A stretch of DNA of 58,188 nt, the filler included, from Sphacelaria rigidula (Eukaryota): assembly GCA_964200075.2 (NCBI GenBank). It is 3 parts of 3 records of this genome, joined end to end, with 100 filler letters (N's around TTAATTAATTAA, not from the genome) between each part and the next. Parts side by side here need not be neighbours in the genome. Positions count along the whole stretch, not along the records: positions 19,439 to 38,770 come from CAXNAA020000686.1; positions 38,871 to 58,188 come from CAXNAA020000687.1; 1 more part is not named here. The stretch is one strand, 5' to 3'. Below are positions 37,459-48,230 of this stretch, piece by piece (position 1 is the stretch's first letter; each line of letters starts with the position of its first letter). Both the position numbers and the translations under genes were made by a program. The notes under the pieces were generated by a model. The model was given only the letters and a program-made list of their open reading frames with translations. It was not told where the DNA came from and searched no databases.

Positions 37459-37857
37459 GCCTGCCTGCCTGCCTCTCTGTCTCTCTCTGTCTCCCTCTGT
37501 CTCTGTCTCTCTGCGTGTGTCCCTGGCAAGGACACAAACCTTACCCATCTGGCCGCGAGAAAGCTGGAACTCGATGCAGGGTTGCCCTTCCTCCGCTCTG
37601 CCGTGGCTGCTACGGAAAATCAACGATCGCCGAACACTGATGGAAAAAACGCCCGTGAGACGGACGTCAGAAGCGGCTCCAATTGCGGAGATAGGGGGAG
37701 GTCAGGCGGAAGCCGTTCTCGAAATTTGCAAATGAGAGGCGTAACGAGGATTCCGGCTAGGAGTAGGACGATGGCCATTGGAGAAGTCGATGTAGTGGGG
37801 GTTCCAGGAGCCAGGTACAACACCAAACCAAAATATCGGCTGGTAGTTCAGGTATAA
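29423..37857 (+). CDS. Multi-exon gene for a protein with two tandem PUB-like domains (5' and 3' ends unresolved)
   Basis: Phase-compatible AG/GT exons: 29423(or 29426)-29625, 32373-32526, 34527-34703, 36026-36151 and 37531-(37814, 37851 or stop at 37857). The spliced protein reads ...AAEYALDYCRRVRDSPCSSVHWRIPLNSKKFFSAVGR|LIGGVELMQALGLRLEENG... and ...CVETATMYLGNVLDNPSVGK|YRAINTSNPVFLRDVASAEGGAELMLALGFREDGEGRLVLPM|DTNLTHLAARKLEL. The second unit matches the PUB consensus (N..NP...KYR.I...N..F.......GG..L...GF). Confidence 0.8.
30512..30954. mobile_element. Fold-back MITE family A, copy 1
   Basis: Ends are caaccgatcatcgag ... tcgatgatcggctg. The two halves are imperfect reverse complements over ~200 bp. 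Confidence 0.8.
31090..32030 (+). mobile_element. LINE 3' remnant (same family as 3060-3915) interrupted by a nested insertion
   Basis: 31090-31410 and 31898-32030 are colinear with ~3465-3915. Shared stretches include gctatactaggagatg and gtcaatggccaagccactaaggcaagcaacaaacgagtacgcc. Confidence 0.78.
31411..31897 (+). mobile_element. Nested retroposon fragment ending in (CAA)12
   Basis: This sequence is absent from the homologous LINE copy. It has a T-rich 3' region and a (caa)12 tail at 31862-31897, after which the host LINE resumes. Confidence 0.68.
34067..34467. mobile_element. hAT-like MITE, intronic
   Basis: 17-bp TIRs tagagctcggaaatggt / accatttctgagctcta. The flanking 8-mers tcctcaac / gtctcaac match at 6 of 8 positions. 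Many subterminal aatggt/accatt motifs. Confidence 0.75.
35275..35333 (+). repeat. Minisatellite, 20-bp unit x3
   Basis: tacagataccccgaatgaac repeated three times with no spacers. Confidence 0.9.
35560..35813 (+). mobile_element. Retroposon 3' end with (CAAAT)n tail
   Basis: A T-rich tract, a gaccacggct motif shared with the (CAAT)n-tailed family, then aatcaaatcaaatc repeats. Confidence 0.55.
37425..37512 (+). repeat. (CTGT/CTGC/CT)n microsatellite just upstream of exon 37531, probably serving as its polypyrimidine tract
   Basis: ctgtctgtctgt...ctgcctgc...ctctgtctct lies just upstream of the AAG acceptor at 37528-37530. Confidence 0.85.
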
Positions 37858-38770
37858 CGCGTCGAAGACGTTTTTCGTTCACCTCTATGATGGAACCAAA
37901 CGTTTGTTTCAAGAGAAATTGTGTGTGTCATGAGTCAACGAGAATTAGTGAGGCTATACGGAGTCGACACTCTGTGCATGGGTCACTCAACATACGGGAC
38001 ATGCCTATCGGGTGCACTTTTGAGGGCGCGTAGATGTTTGCAACTGAAGCGAGGAGGGATGGGTCAGATGTTACACTTTGATTGATTGATTGTCGCACTT
38101 TAACTGATCCCCCAGGGGTCCAGCCGTGGTCTCATGACAGACGTACTCAAGAAAAACGGAATTCAAACACGCTCTAAGGAAAAAAAAAAGAAAGAGGGGA
38201 CGAACAGAACGACATAGCAGACTAAGTCGTGACAAAAAAAAAAGTAATAAAAACTCAACACAAGCAAAGCGCAGAAAGAAATGGCCGACCTAACGCAAGA
38301 CCTACAAGCGCATATTTTTTAGTTGTATCACAGCATTCAGTGGACAAGTTGGAGGATGCGCAATGTGTTTCCGAACTTGCATTCAGTTTTTTCCGCGTTT
38401 TCTTAGAACTCTATACCAGATTTTGAGGCTCATATTTTGTACTCTAGAGAGAAGTCACCTGTCCTGAATGAGGGTCACAGACTTCAACAAAGGCCTTCAT
38501 GAATGTCAATATTTCGAACAAATTTGACGACCGTTAAGGCTACAGGTGTTGTGTTCCTACCCGAAACGAAATCTTGACGTACTACACATCGGGTTGCAAC
38601 ACCATGACCGGAAGTCTATTCGTCTGTCGGAGCTACTGATACCGTCCGCGATTGCAGCACAAGGTACTCGACATCACGAAGTCCTATCGACGTAGGCTCA
38701 AGCTGAGTGGTCGGCCCCACCAATTTGTAGTTGGGGGGGTGTACTCATGATCATGCATGCCATAGTCATC

Positions 38771-38870
38771 NNNNNNNNNNNNNNNNNNNNNNNNNNNNNN
38801 NNNNNNNNNNNNNNTTAATTAATTAANNNNNNNNNNNNNNNNNNNNNNNNNNNNNNNNNNNNNNNNNNNN
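38771..38870. other. Assembly gap (100 nt) with artificial six-frame-stop linker
   Basis: N-run with ttaattaattaa at 38815-38826. Confidence 0.95.
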
Positions 38871-39599
38871 CCCCCCCCCCCCCACCCTATCGTAGGATCA
38901 CTCAAGAAGGACCCTTGAAACAAGCTTTTACACACTGGAAAATACACGTAACAGGTGGGGTACATCCCCTTCCGCAAATGCACGCGGGTGACGCGTTCCC
39001 TTATTCATATACGCAAGTGTACAAGGACGCACTGTGCTATCTACATCGCGAATAACCATGTGTCACTACATGAATATTCCGATTATCCATCAAATGCACC
39101 GGCTCCACCAATACCTGGAATAGGCCGTATATACCCGATACCTAGACGAGGTACAAGCCCTTCAATACGGGTTGTACTTCTTCGGAACAAGTGGTGCGGG
39201 CAAAATCGATCAACACTCCTGCTCGTCACACGTACAGCTCTTGAGCGTAAGTTTATCCGATCAAGTGTGGGGCCAGGGCTGGTTCTCACTGAGCATATGT
39301 CATGTTTGTCAGGACCGCGTGCTTTTCGACCGCACCGAAATTTAAACACACCAAGACCCATGAGTCGGGAGAACCGCAAGCACCTCGCCCACAGCGAAAC
39401 CCGGGGGACGCAACGACGACGCGGTGTGCCTCCGAAAGGAAACGAAGGATTTGAAAACTATGAAATTCAGGCACCATAAGTGTAATCTGGTGGATGAGAG
39501 CTTGCATCACTATATGCTCGGGAGGTGTTGGCACCTACCACGCCATGACTGCATCGACGAACTGATCTCGGTACTGGTAAGTACCGTACCATGCCGAGA

Positions 39600-41230
39600 T
39601 GACTCATTTGCTGGGCACGTGGCCACGCGGCCATTTGTCCATCCTCCAAGATCCTCTGGGGGTAAACGTCACCCTCCATTCCGGGTTTTTCCAAGATCAA
39701 GGTCTTGGGTGTTCGCAATCCTCTTGGGGATTGTCAATGCTGAGATCTCCTTCAAGGGTCTGTCAAAGCCAACATAATCTGGATTGTTTTTGGAGGCACT
39801 CGCGCAATGGAAATTCGGGATTCGAACAGCAGAGGCTGTCCAAATATCTCATACACCAACATGGATGGGATTTGAAATTGCACCGGAGGGTGTTCGGAAG
39901 TCCTCATTATCCTCGCCTATCCATCCTGAAACTGGGCAAAAAAAAAACTTTCGAACAGCCTCTATTGTTCAAAATCCATATAAATACTTCGAATATGTGT
40001 ACATACGGCCGTGCTTTGACGGTCGTTGATAATTTATGACAGCTGCACGGTCTAAATCACCATACCTTGTTCTTGAAAAAGACCGCAGTCCCTAGTCGAC
40101 GGGAAGCACATCTAAGCAACATATACGAGTTGATAAAACAAAGCATAAATGTTCATCGCCATGCATTGCTATACTCTGATGTAGAGACAAGTATCACCAC
40201 AAGCACGGCACAGTGCTGTACGTGACCGCATCATACCGTGCAGGAATCCTACTGCAGAGTACGTGGCGTATGCGCCACGTATGACTATACAATTTGGATG
40301 CCTGTAAGTTTGGGTATATGGGGATGACTTACACCGTCATCTAGCAGCCGATCATCGAAATTGACGATAAGAACCTAGAGGATGAAATTTCTCGTGTCCA
40401 CATCAAATATTTAAAATATGGTTCCATATCTTCAGTCACTGGTAGCTATTGACAACTACTACGCGTCATACAAACTTGGATTTCGATGACCGAAATGTTG
40501 GGGTCGTAGGAGAAACCAATTTCGGGGATTTTCGGCGATTTGATCGGATAATCTCAATCCCCCCATGACAAATTTCATTTAGGCCTCCAGCATACGGTTG
40601 TCGAGATCCAAATTTGTAGGGCGTGCAGCAGTCATTAAAAGCTACCAGTAGGTGATGTAATGGAACCATATCCAACATTTGGTGTGAAAATACGAATATT
40701 TTAATCCTCCAGGTTCTCACCCTCAAATGGAATGGACTGCTGCATCCTCAATTTCGATGCTCGGCTGTTTTCTGCGGTAGACGCGTTATCGTATATATGC
40801 TAACAGCTGTACAGTCAGTAGGATGTGAGGGAAAAGCGAGCGAAGTGCGGTGCAGACCGCGCAGGACTGTATGTTCTCCCTGCTCACGGTGCGATATGAA
40901 AAGAGCTCGAACCACGTGCAGCTTTGTACTACCTGCACTGCCCATGAGCGTGTACGCAAGCCCGTGGCCTACCCTACACCACGCGCAGTTCCCTCGCCGC
41001 GATCTCCACCATGTAATAAGTTGGTGAAGTTTTTACACATGAGAAATACATCAAACCCAACTACGGCAGTGTGTATCTATAGCCCTGTGCCCAACTCGTG
41101 CTCTTTGCTGCAGGGTTACGGTGGTAGCTGAGAAAAAGTGTTGTGGGGTCTGCATGGTTCGATCTGTGAACGGCGGCGGGTTTGATGTATCTGGCGTGAT
41201 GGCATTTACTACAATATTGCTGGGATCCAA
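39600..41230 (+). repeat. Diverged duplicated segment, copy 1 (copy 2 at ~43450-44900)
   Basis: Colinear shared blocks: cacgcggccatt, ttcgaacagcagaggct, ataccgtgcagga, tatgcgccacgtatg, cagtcagtagga, cctgctcac, and a 72-bp near-identical core. Boundaries are approximate. Confidence 0.7.
40345..40767. mobile_element. Fold-back MITE family A, copy 2
   Basis: Ends are cagccgatcatcgaaattga ... tcaatttcgatgctcggctg. It is absent from the paralogous segment at ~44420-44460. Confidence 0.8.
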
Positions 41231-42794
41231 ACATTATCCTGGAGACAGAGGATACGAGTGTCATTCAAAGGTTTGATGTGGTGCAAACTCCAGAGGAGAT
41301 CATGTGCGCTCTGGTGGCTTCGTTGACTGTATATTCCAGAGGTATCATGACCCACCGGATGGTATTTCAAGGAGGGCCACTTTGCTCTATCGGGAAAAAA
41401 AACACGATAGTGGGATTTCAAGGAGGAGTCGACTGGCCGGGTGTGTTCGGGTACCAGATCCCGAGACGAATGCGCAAATGAAATGTGCTTACAGGTACTG
41501 AAATGTGGTCTGCATGCTACCGACTCCGTCATTCAAGCCAGCTTCAGAGCTGACACAAAAGTCAACACCAAGTCACTGCAATGTCACCTCCGCCGAGGAG
41601 AAAAGCAAGGTTCGTAGTCTTGACTTGTGGTTTTACCTTTGAGGCCGCCTTGAATGACAAAATGGATTGCATGCGAACCACATGAAAACCTGTAAGTACC
41701 GAGCAGATGGGTCGTCTTTCGAGGCACACTGCGTCGTCGCCGTGTCGCTCCAGCCATCTCGCCTGGATCCGCTACTCCTGGCTCGGGGCGTGGTCCCTGC
41801 ATTCATAAGGTCCGTGCAGTCCTCCCGATTCGTCGGTCCTGCGTTGTTGAAATTCGGATGCGGTCCAAAACGCACACGGTCCTAACACGCGGTACAGTAG
41901 CTCAAGAGGGTCGGGATCGGCCAAGCATTCCGTATACGAAACCTACAGAGGACACACATTTCTCTGGAGGGAATCGAACCCTTCGGAGGGATGGAGGAGA
42001 TTGCATGTTACGAAATACTGAGGACTGGAGAAATTTTGCGCCGGATGCGAGCCTATTGGCCGAGTGTGATATCTTGGGGTAGGAAGAGGAACTTCACAAC
42101 AACACACGACGGAACGCGGGCACGAGAACAACTGATGGCTGCTATGTACGACGTACCCAAGCAAAAATACGAGGGCCAAAACTTGCAGTTTTTCGCGAAA
42201 AATGAGCGCAGACGCCAATCATAAACCAAGGTCATGATGCAAAAAATGCTCACGTCACGTGATGATTGCGGGACCCACGCAACAGTATGTGAGGAACACC
42301 CACAAGGCTGCACGAGCGCTTTCGCTCCGTTGATATTCATCACCTTCACATGACGGCTCTCTCGTCATCGTGCTCTCCCCAGCGACCCTGCGATTCTGCG
42401 ATTGTGCGATTTTGTCACGCCACAAACCCAGATTCACCATTTTCAACGTTGTGTTTTGAAGGGTAAGTTGCCGGGTATTTACTCTCCCGAAGTTTGTGTT
42501 GTAATGTTTGGATCTCCGAGGTACCAGATAATTGGGTGATGTTGGGTATGATGGCAAAACGCTGACCATTATCTGGGCGTTACTGTTGAGTATGATTTAC
42601 ATTATTTATTCGAGGTTGTGATGATACGACTCCTCAAACTACCCACATATAGAAAATGCCGTATCCAACACACTCCTTCACTATTTGTATGTTTGTCTAA
42701 ACATCTCGAGAGCAATTGAGCTAAGTCGAGCACGCTACAAAACATGGGGTTGAGCATACGGCTTGTGAGTGGAGGCCGTGCGTGACGACCCACT

Positions 42795-43042
42795 GAGCAA
42801 TGCTACGGTAGGGGTGCACTTTTTGCCCAATATCTTGTCTGGTTCAGGAGCTCCTCACAATTGTAGATGCGCAAGAATACAGGTCAGGGCATCCCCGGTT
42901 GCGAATTCGCCCGGGATATCCTTAGCACATTGGAATAGTAATCCTGGCGACTCACCAATTTCATAAGTCGTGTTTTAGATGAGATGAAGGGCTCCTTACA
43001 ATTCTAACTTCAGAAATGTGCATCCCTTCTATAGCATCGCTC
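42795..43042 (+). mobile_element. MITE family B (Sola2-like), copy 2
   Basis: gagcaatgctacggtaggggtgcac ... gtgcatcccttctatagcatcgctc, with 4-bp TSD cact. Confidence 0.82.
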
Positions 43043-43449
43043 CACTGTTCGATCATAAGAGGATAAACTCGAACGCGGCACCGGAGTAGGTGTACTCAAA
43101 CTACCGAAATGAAGCAAGAAAAAAACTGTTGTAAAAAATAGTCTGGTCTCGATTTTTATTTCCCCCTACCTGCTCCGTACGGGCCTTGTAGCGATGCGAG
43201 GTCAAAAGGCTCATAGCTGGGCATGCAATATGATGAGGACACCTGTTTGTAGAACCAGGCACGTGGGCTACCTTAAACACGCAAAACAGCACTGATGCGC
43301 CGGGGTTTATCGATGTGTGTATGAGGTTGACTCAATTCCTTGTACTAACACTTGGGAGAGAGCTCCAGGCAGGAGGGTTACTCACGGCGAGTGATCCAGG
43401 TGGCACAAGCATCGACTGTGCTCCCCGGTTCCTATAATCATCTTCCATA

Positions 43450-44900
43450 CAATTTCCTGCACACGCGGCCATTCGGCTACCTTGTAGAGGAATTCCAAAC
43501 GTTATCCTCGGTTCCGTCCGTCTTAAAATCCCCCCTAGAGGATCTTGGGTACTCGTAATCCTCTGGAGGATTTTTAATGTTGGGGCCCTCGAAAGTCTTC
43601 ATCAATATTAAAACCCCCTGGATTGGTTTTGAAGGCACAAGTGCCATGGAAATCTGGAATTCGTATAGCCTCTGCTATTCTAAATAAATCTCGATTCCAA
43701 ATTATTGGAATCGGGCAAAATGATGATTTATTTCGAACAGCAGAGGCTATACAAATCGCATATACACGTGAATGTTTTTTGTACACCAGATGCTGTTTGA
43801 AATAAATCCTCATTTTACCTCCCAATACCTGAAATTGCGAAAAACAAAATGACTCATTTGCGAGCAGCTTCTGCTATCCAGGTCCCACATACTGCACCGT
43901 ATCAGCGGATGAGCTTTGAGAGGCAGCAGAAGTTGTTGACAACTCATCATCTTGCCCCCCAATATTTCATACATCAACTGGGCAAGGGGATCGAAGTCAT
44001 CAACAGCCTCAGTTTGTTACAAATCCCATACACTGCGTGGGTATGTTCACATGGCCGCGCTGTACGGGTTTGGCTGGTGGTGATGGTGCGAAATCTGCAT
44101 AGACCCCTGAGATGTATACATGAAGGGTCTGAAACCCCGCGGTCCCGAGTCTACCATATCAATACCAAAGCATGTTTTCGATCAAACACGTGAAAAATGA
44201 TAATCGCGGTTTACTCTTCACGTTGATGACTATATGACCATCACAACAATAAGCACGATTTGGTGTAGTACTGTACTGGGCAATACCGTGCAGGACAGTA
44301 TCATATCGCGCTTATATACGTACGGTGCAATATACTGTAGAGTTAGTGCGGGATATGCGCCACGTATGGCTACACAACGTGGATGTTTGTAAGTGCATGG
44401 GGGTGTTGAATACTGTCATATACTGAGCATACATCACGACACCCGTTCTTGCAGCATGCTCACCACTGCAGTCAGTAGGACGTGGAAGGGAAGCGGGCAA
44501 AGTACACTACAGACAGCGCAGGACTATATGTATGTTTCCTGCTCACAGTGCGACGTGAGAAGGACTTGAACAGTGTCCGCAGCTTTGTCTGCCTGCACTA
44601 CTGTCCATGGCGGGTGTGTATGCAGTCCAAGCCGCCGGTTATTGCCCGCACCCTACCCCGCATGGTTCCGGCACCGCGTGACTCCGCGACCATGGAAGAA
44701 GATGCTCAAGTTTAAACTTCCACCAACAAGACATACATCATACCCAACTATGGCAGTGTGTATCTATATCCCTGTGCCCAACTCGTGCTCTTTGCTGCAG
44801 GGTTTTTGTGGTGGTATCATGACTGGGAATAAGTGTTGTCGGGTTTGCAATCCAATCTGAGAACGGCGGGTGATGCATGTGTATTTGGCGTTGGATCCAG
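43450..44900 (+). repeat. Diverged duplicated segment, copy 2
   Basis: Colinear with 39600-41230. Boundaries are approximate. Confidence 0.7.
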
Positions 44901-45701
44901 GGGGTAATACTACCACACACCACCTGCAGTAGGCACGACCCCCGGCGAACACGTTTTTTTTTCCAGCGAGTGTTCCAGTTTTGTTTTGTCTCAGGTACGT
45001 CTATCGTGTGGCCACGACTGGATCCATGGGGTATCAGGAAAAGTGCGAATATGAAAATCAATGGCACCTGTTGAATCTCAGAATGTCGGATGAGGAGATA
45101 TTGGAACATGCAGTGACGCATGTACACTTCGTACGGCTGTTAGCTCTAACATCTGGTGCGAAGGCTTTTCGGAATTCGAATGTACACTACACTCTAGACA
45201 CACATTTAATAGACCATTGTCTCAGTACTAGAACCGGGGGTAAACCTATCGATATATATATATATATATATTGTCGAACACGACCGGTTGTAAAACACAC
45301 CATTCCGGCTGGACTCCGGGGGGGCAGTTGAAGTGCGACAATCAATCAATCATTCATTCATTATTGTGCAGGGAGCGATAGATGTTAAACGGGTCCACGA
45401 TGTATTGTATACATTGCGCACGTGTGTGCGACGAAGGGAAATTGTAGGTGGCGCGCTTGCAAAGCATGTTCTCAGGTTAATATTTCGAGTACGTGTTTGA
45501 GGTGATCGAGTGTCTGTGTTGCTTTTGAGGTTGGTCATAATTGCGTATATTCACGGACTGATTCGACATGCAAGCACGTTCGTACTTTGATGAATTCGTT
45601 CACTCGCCACGGTTGGTACAACAGGTATCCTCCGTTTGGTCCTTTAGTCCACGGATCTTGGAACGTATCGTACATGTATGCAAAAAAAGCTGCAGCTGTA
45701 A

Positions 45702-46136
45702 CAGCCGATCATCGAAGTTGAGGATGGAGCTTTTCATTGGGGATGACAACCCGAAGGATCCAAATCTCCGTATTCACACCAAATCTTCGAAATATGGATC
45801 CATTCCCTCACCCACTGGTAGCTATTGACAACTGCTGTACGTCATACGAATCAGGATTCCGATAACCGAAATGTTGGGGTCCTAGGTGAAGAACCATTTC
45901 CGGGAAATTCGGCGATCTGACCGGAGCACCTCGATTCCCCAAAATTGTTCATTCACGATCCCAACATTTCGATCATCGAGATCCAAATTTGTATGACTTG
46001 TAAGACTTGTCGACAGCTATCATTGGGTGAAGGAATGTAACCATATCTGGAAGATTTGGTATGGATACGAAGATTTCGACCCTCGGAGTTCTCATCCTCA
46101 ATGAAAAGCTCCACCCTCAATTTCGATGATCGGCTG
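45702..46136. mobile_element. Fold-back MITE family A, copy 3
   Basis: cagccgatcatcgaagttgaggatggagcttttcattg ... caatgaaaagctccaccctcaatttcgatgatcggctg. The element is palindromic nearly to its centre. Confidence 0.85.
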
Positions 46137-46820
46137 TGTGTTGCATGGTTGATCATAGCTCAGTGGCAATGCGTATCATTTGACTTGTTGATTCTCAACA
46201 TCGAAGCTGCTTGCGACTGGGCTCGTCGTCCAAACCATGGTTCGCTGTTCGCCGACCCGATAACGATGTTTCGCCTGTCAGCTGTGGTCTGCACAATACC
46301 AGTAGACGGGTTATCTCAACCCACCGCTGATATTTGTCCTTGCCCCTTTCCCGACCAAGTCGTGCCCTTCACCGGAAGTCATGTACCATCATGATGGCGA
46401 ACTTGCAGAAGTCCGTACTCGTGGCGCTTGAGTTATGTGCCTCATGCTGCCCCTGCCAAGACTATTATCAGTTGTAGCCTCGGCATTTTTCATCGTTTCT
46501 GCTTTTGCTGCCTTATCCTTGACGTGTTCTGCCATCCATGAAGCATCTGTGCAAATTGCAATCTCAGCGCAATTAGTAGTACATACATCATCAGTCCGTG
46601 TTTCTGCTATAGGTTGTTCGATGCCATTCGAGGATTCCACTTGCCCGGGCTCAGTCAAAGTATCTTTTTCGGAAGGATTCTCATGTACGGTCCACTGCTT
46701 TTTCTGTGTTGTCGATACTACCGTTCCTTGCGTCCTCATCCCACTTTTGGTGCATTTGGTAGATCCAATCGAAATGATACGTCAACTCAACGTCCGCAGG
46801 TGTACCGTTTCGTTACACCC

Positions 46821-48230
46821 ATGGATTCCGTTCGATCGCACTGCCTGCAGGTAACGAAGAGCGCTCCGGCTGACGCTTTCGGTGCAGTGGGCACGCGAAA
46901 CTTGCCGGGCGCGACAAGGCCTTGAATCAACCAATTTGCCTCACCCTCCCCGGTGTGCGAGTTTCGACAGGCAATGGCAGTGACGCAACCTGTGGGAAGA
47001 AGATGCTACGAGGAAAATTGCGGCAAGTACCCCTCTTTTGGGGTGGAAGGCACCAAAACCGCGATTTTTTGCTCCAAGCATGCCGTGGATGGGATGGTGG
47101 ACGTCAAAAGCAAGCGATGTTCGCAAGAGGGTTGCCGCACGTACCCGGCGTACGGATGGAAGGGTTCCACAAAAGCTGAGTACTGTGCACGGCACGCGGA
47201 CAAGGGTATGATTAACGTCAAGAGCAAGATGTGCTTGAATGAAGATTGTCGTACGCAAGCGTCGCATGGCTGGGCAGGATCTTCCCCTAGAGCCGAGTTC
47301 TGCGCTAAGCACGCAGAGCTGGGTATGACAAACGTGATCCGCAAGCCGTGCTTGCACGAGAGCTGCTCGACGCAACCTTCCCACGGGCTTAAAGGCACGA
47401 GAAAGCCCTTGTTTTGTTCCAAGCACGCAAGTGAAGGCATGATTGACGTGGTGAGTAGACGGTGCTCCCACGAGGGATGCCTCAAGAGTCCATCTTTCGG
47501 CTTCCGGGGAGCAACCAAGGCGGAATTCTGCGCGACTCATGCACATCGCGCCATGGTGGACGTGAAACGAAGGCGATGCGACCGTAATGGCTGCAGCAGG
47601 AAGCCGTCGTATGGTCAAAAAGGTTCCAAAAGGGCGGAGTATTGTGCGAGACACGCGCAAGATGACATGGTAAATGTCCGGAAAACCAAGGTTGTCCAGA
47701 CAGTGGGGAGTCCTCCCGTCGTGGTCGAGAAACAGAGCAATGAGAGGCAAGTTGGTCAGAGTCTAGGAGCGGGGAGTTTGGGCAGCGGACCTGATGATGG
47801 CGATTCTACTGGGGAGGCTATGGGCGCCGGAAGTGGACGCAACGATGGGATGGGGCTTTTTATCCATTGCGATGAGCCACTGAGTCCGTCAGACGTTCGT
47901 TCCGTTGATTCCTTGATTAGACTAGCGAGTCGAGCTAAGAAATCTTTGATTTGCCCAGACTCGTGTTCGTCGGGCTCCCCCGGTGGTAGTGGCGGCAATC
48001 AAAACGACCACCACGTTCGTGCGTTCACATCGCCCTGGCCGCCTCTTTCATCTGCCGAGAGTGCCCGTTCTCACAGTATTAGCGGCAACGGTAGGCCAGG
48101 TGTTGTGATTCCACTCCTTCATGGCGACAATATTCACGGTAGCGCAGTATTTCAACAGAAATTGTCGATGTTCCGGCTGCAAAGGTTAAGATCAGGCACG
48201 GTCACGCAAGTTCCGGAAGGACAGAAATGA
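46821..48230 (+). CDS. EsV-1-7 domain (Cys-rich repeat) protein with six repeats and a Ser/Gly-rich C-terminus
   Basis: Main exon 46971-48230 (ATG at 46974, TGA at 48228-48230) has six ~38-aa repeats C-x4-C-x3-[PA]-x-[FYH]-G-x8/9-C-x2-H-x4-M-x-[DN]-V. A probable in-frame upstream exon carries ATG 46821-46850 (MDSVRSHCLQ), followed by a GT-AG intron at 46851-46970. Confidence 0.88.

Noticed and set aside
41858-42224. Possible LTR-retrotransposon integrase zinc-finger remnant
   Set aside because: Only a faint resemblance. No intact HHCC or DDE motifs.
46941-47750. 269-aa and 170-aa minus-strand ORFs
   Set aside because: These are antisense shadows of the EsV-1-7 repeat exon.
46821-48230. Integrated phaeovirus (provirus) region
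   Set aside because: No other viral hallmark genes and no gene-dense intronless block around the EsV-1-7 gene.
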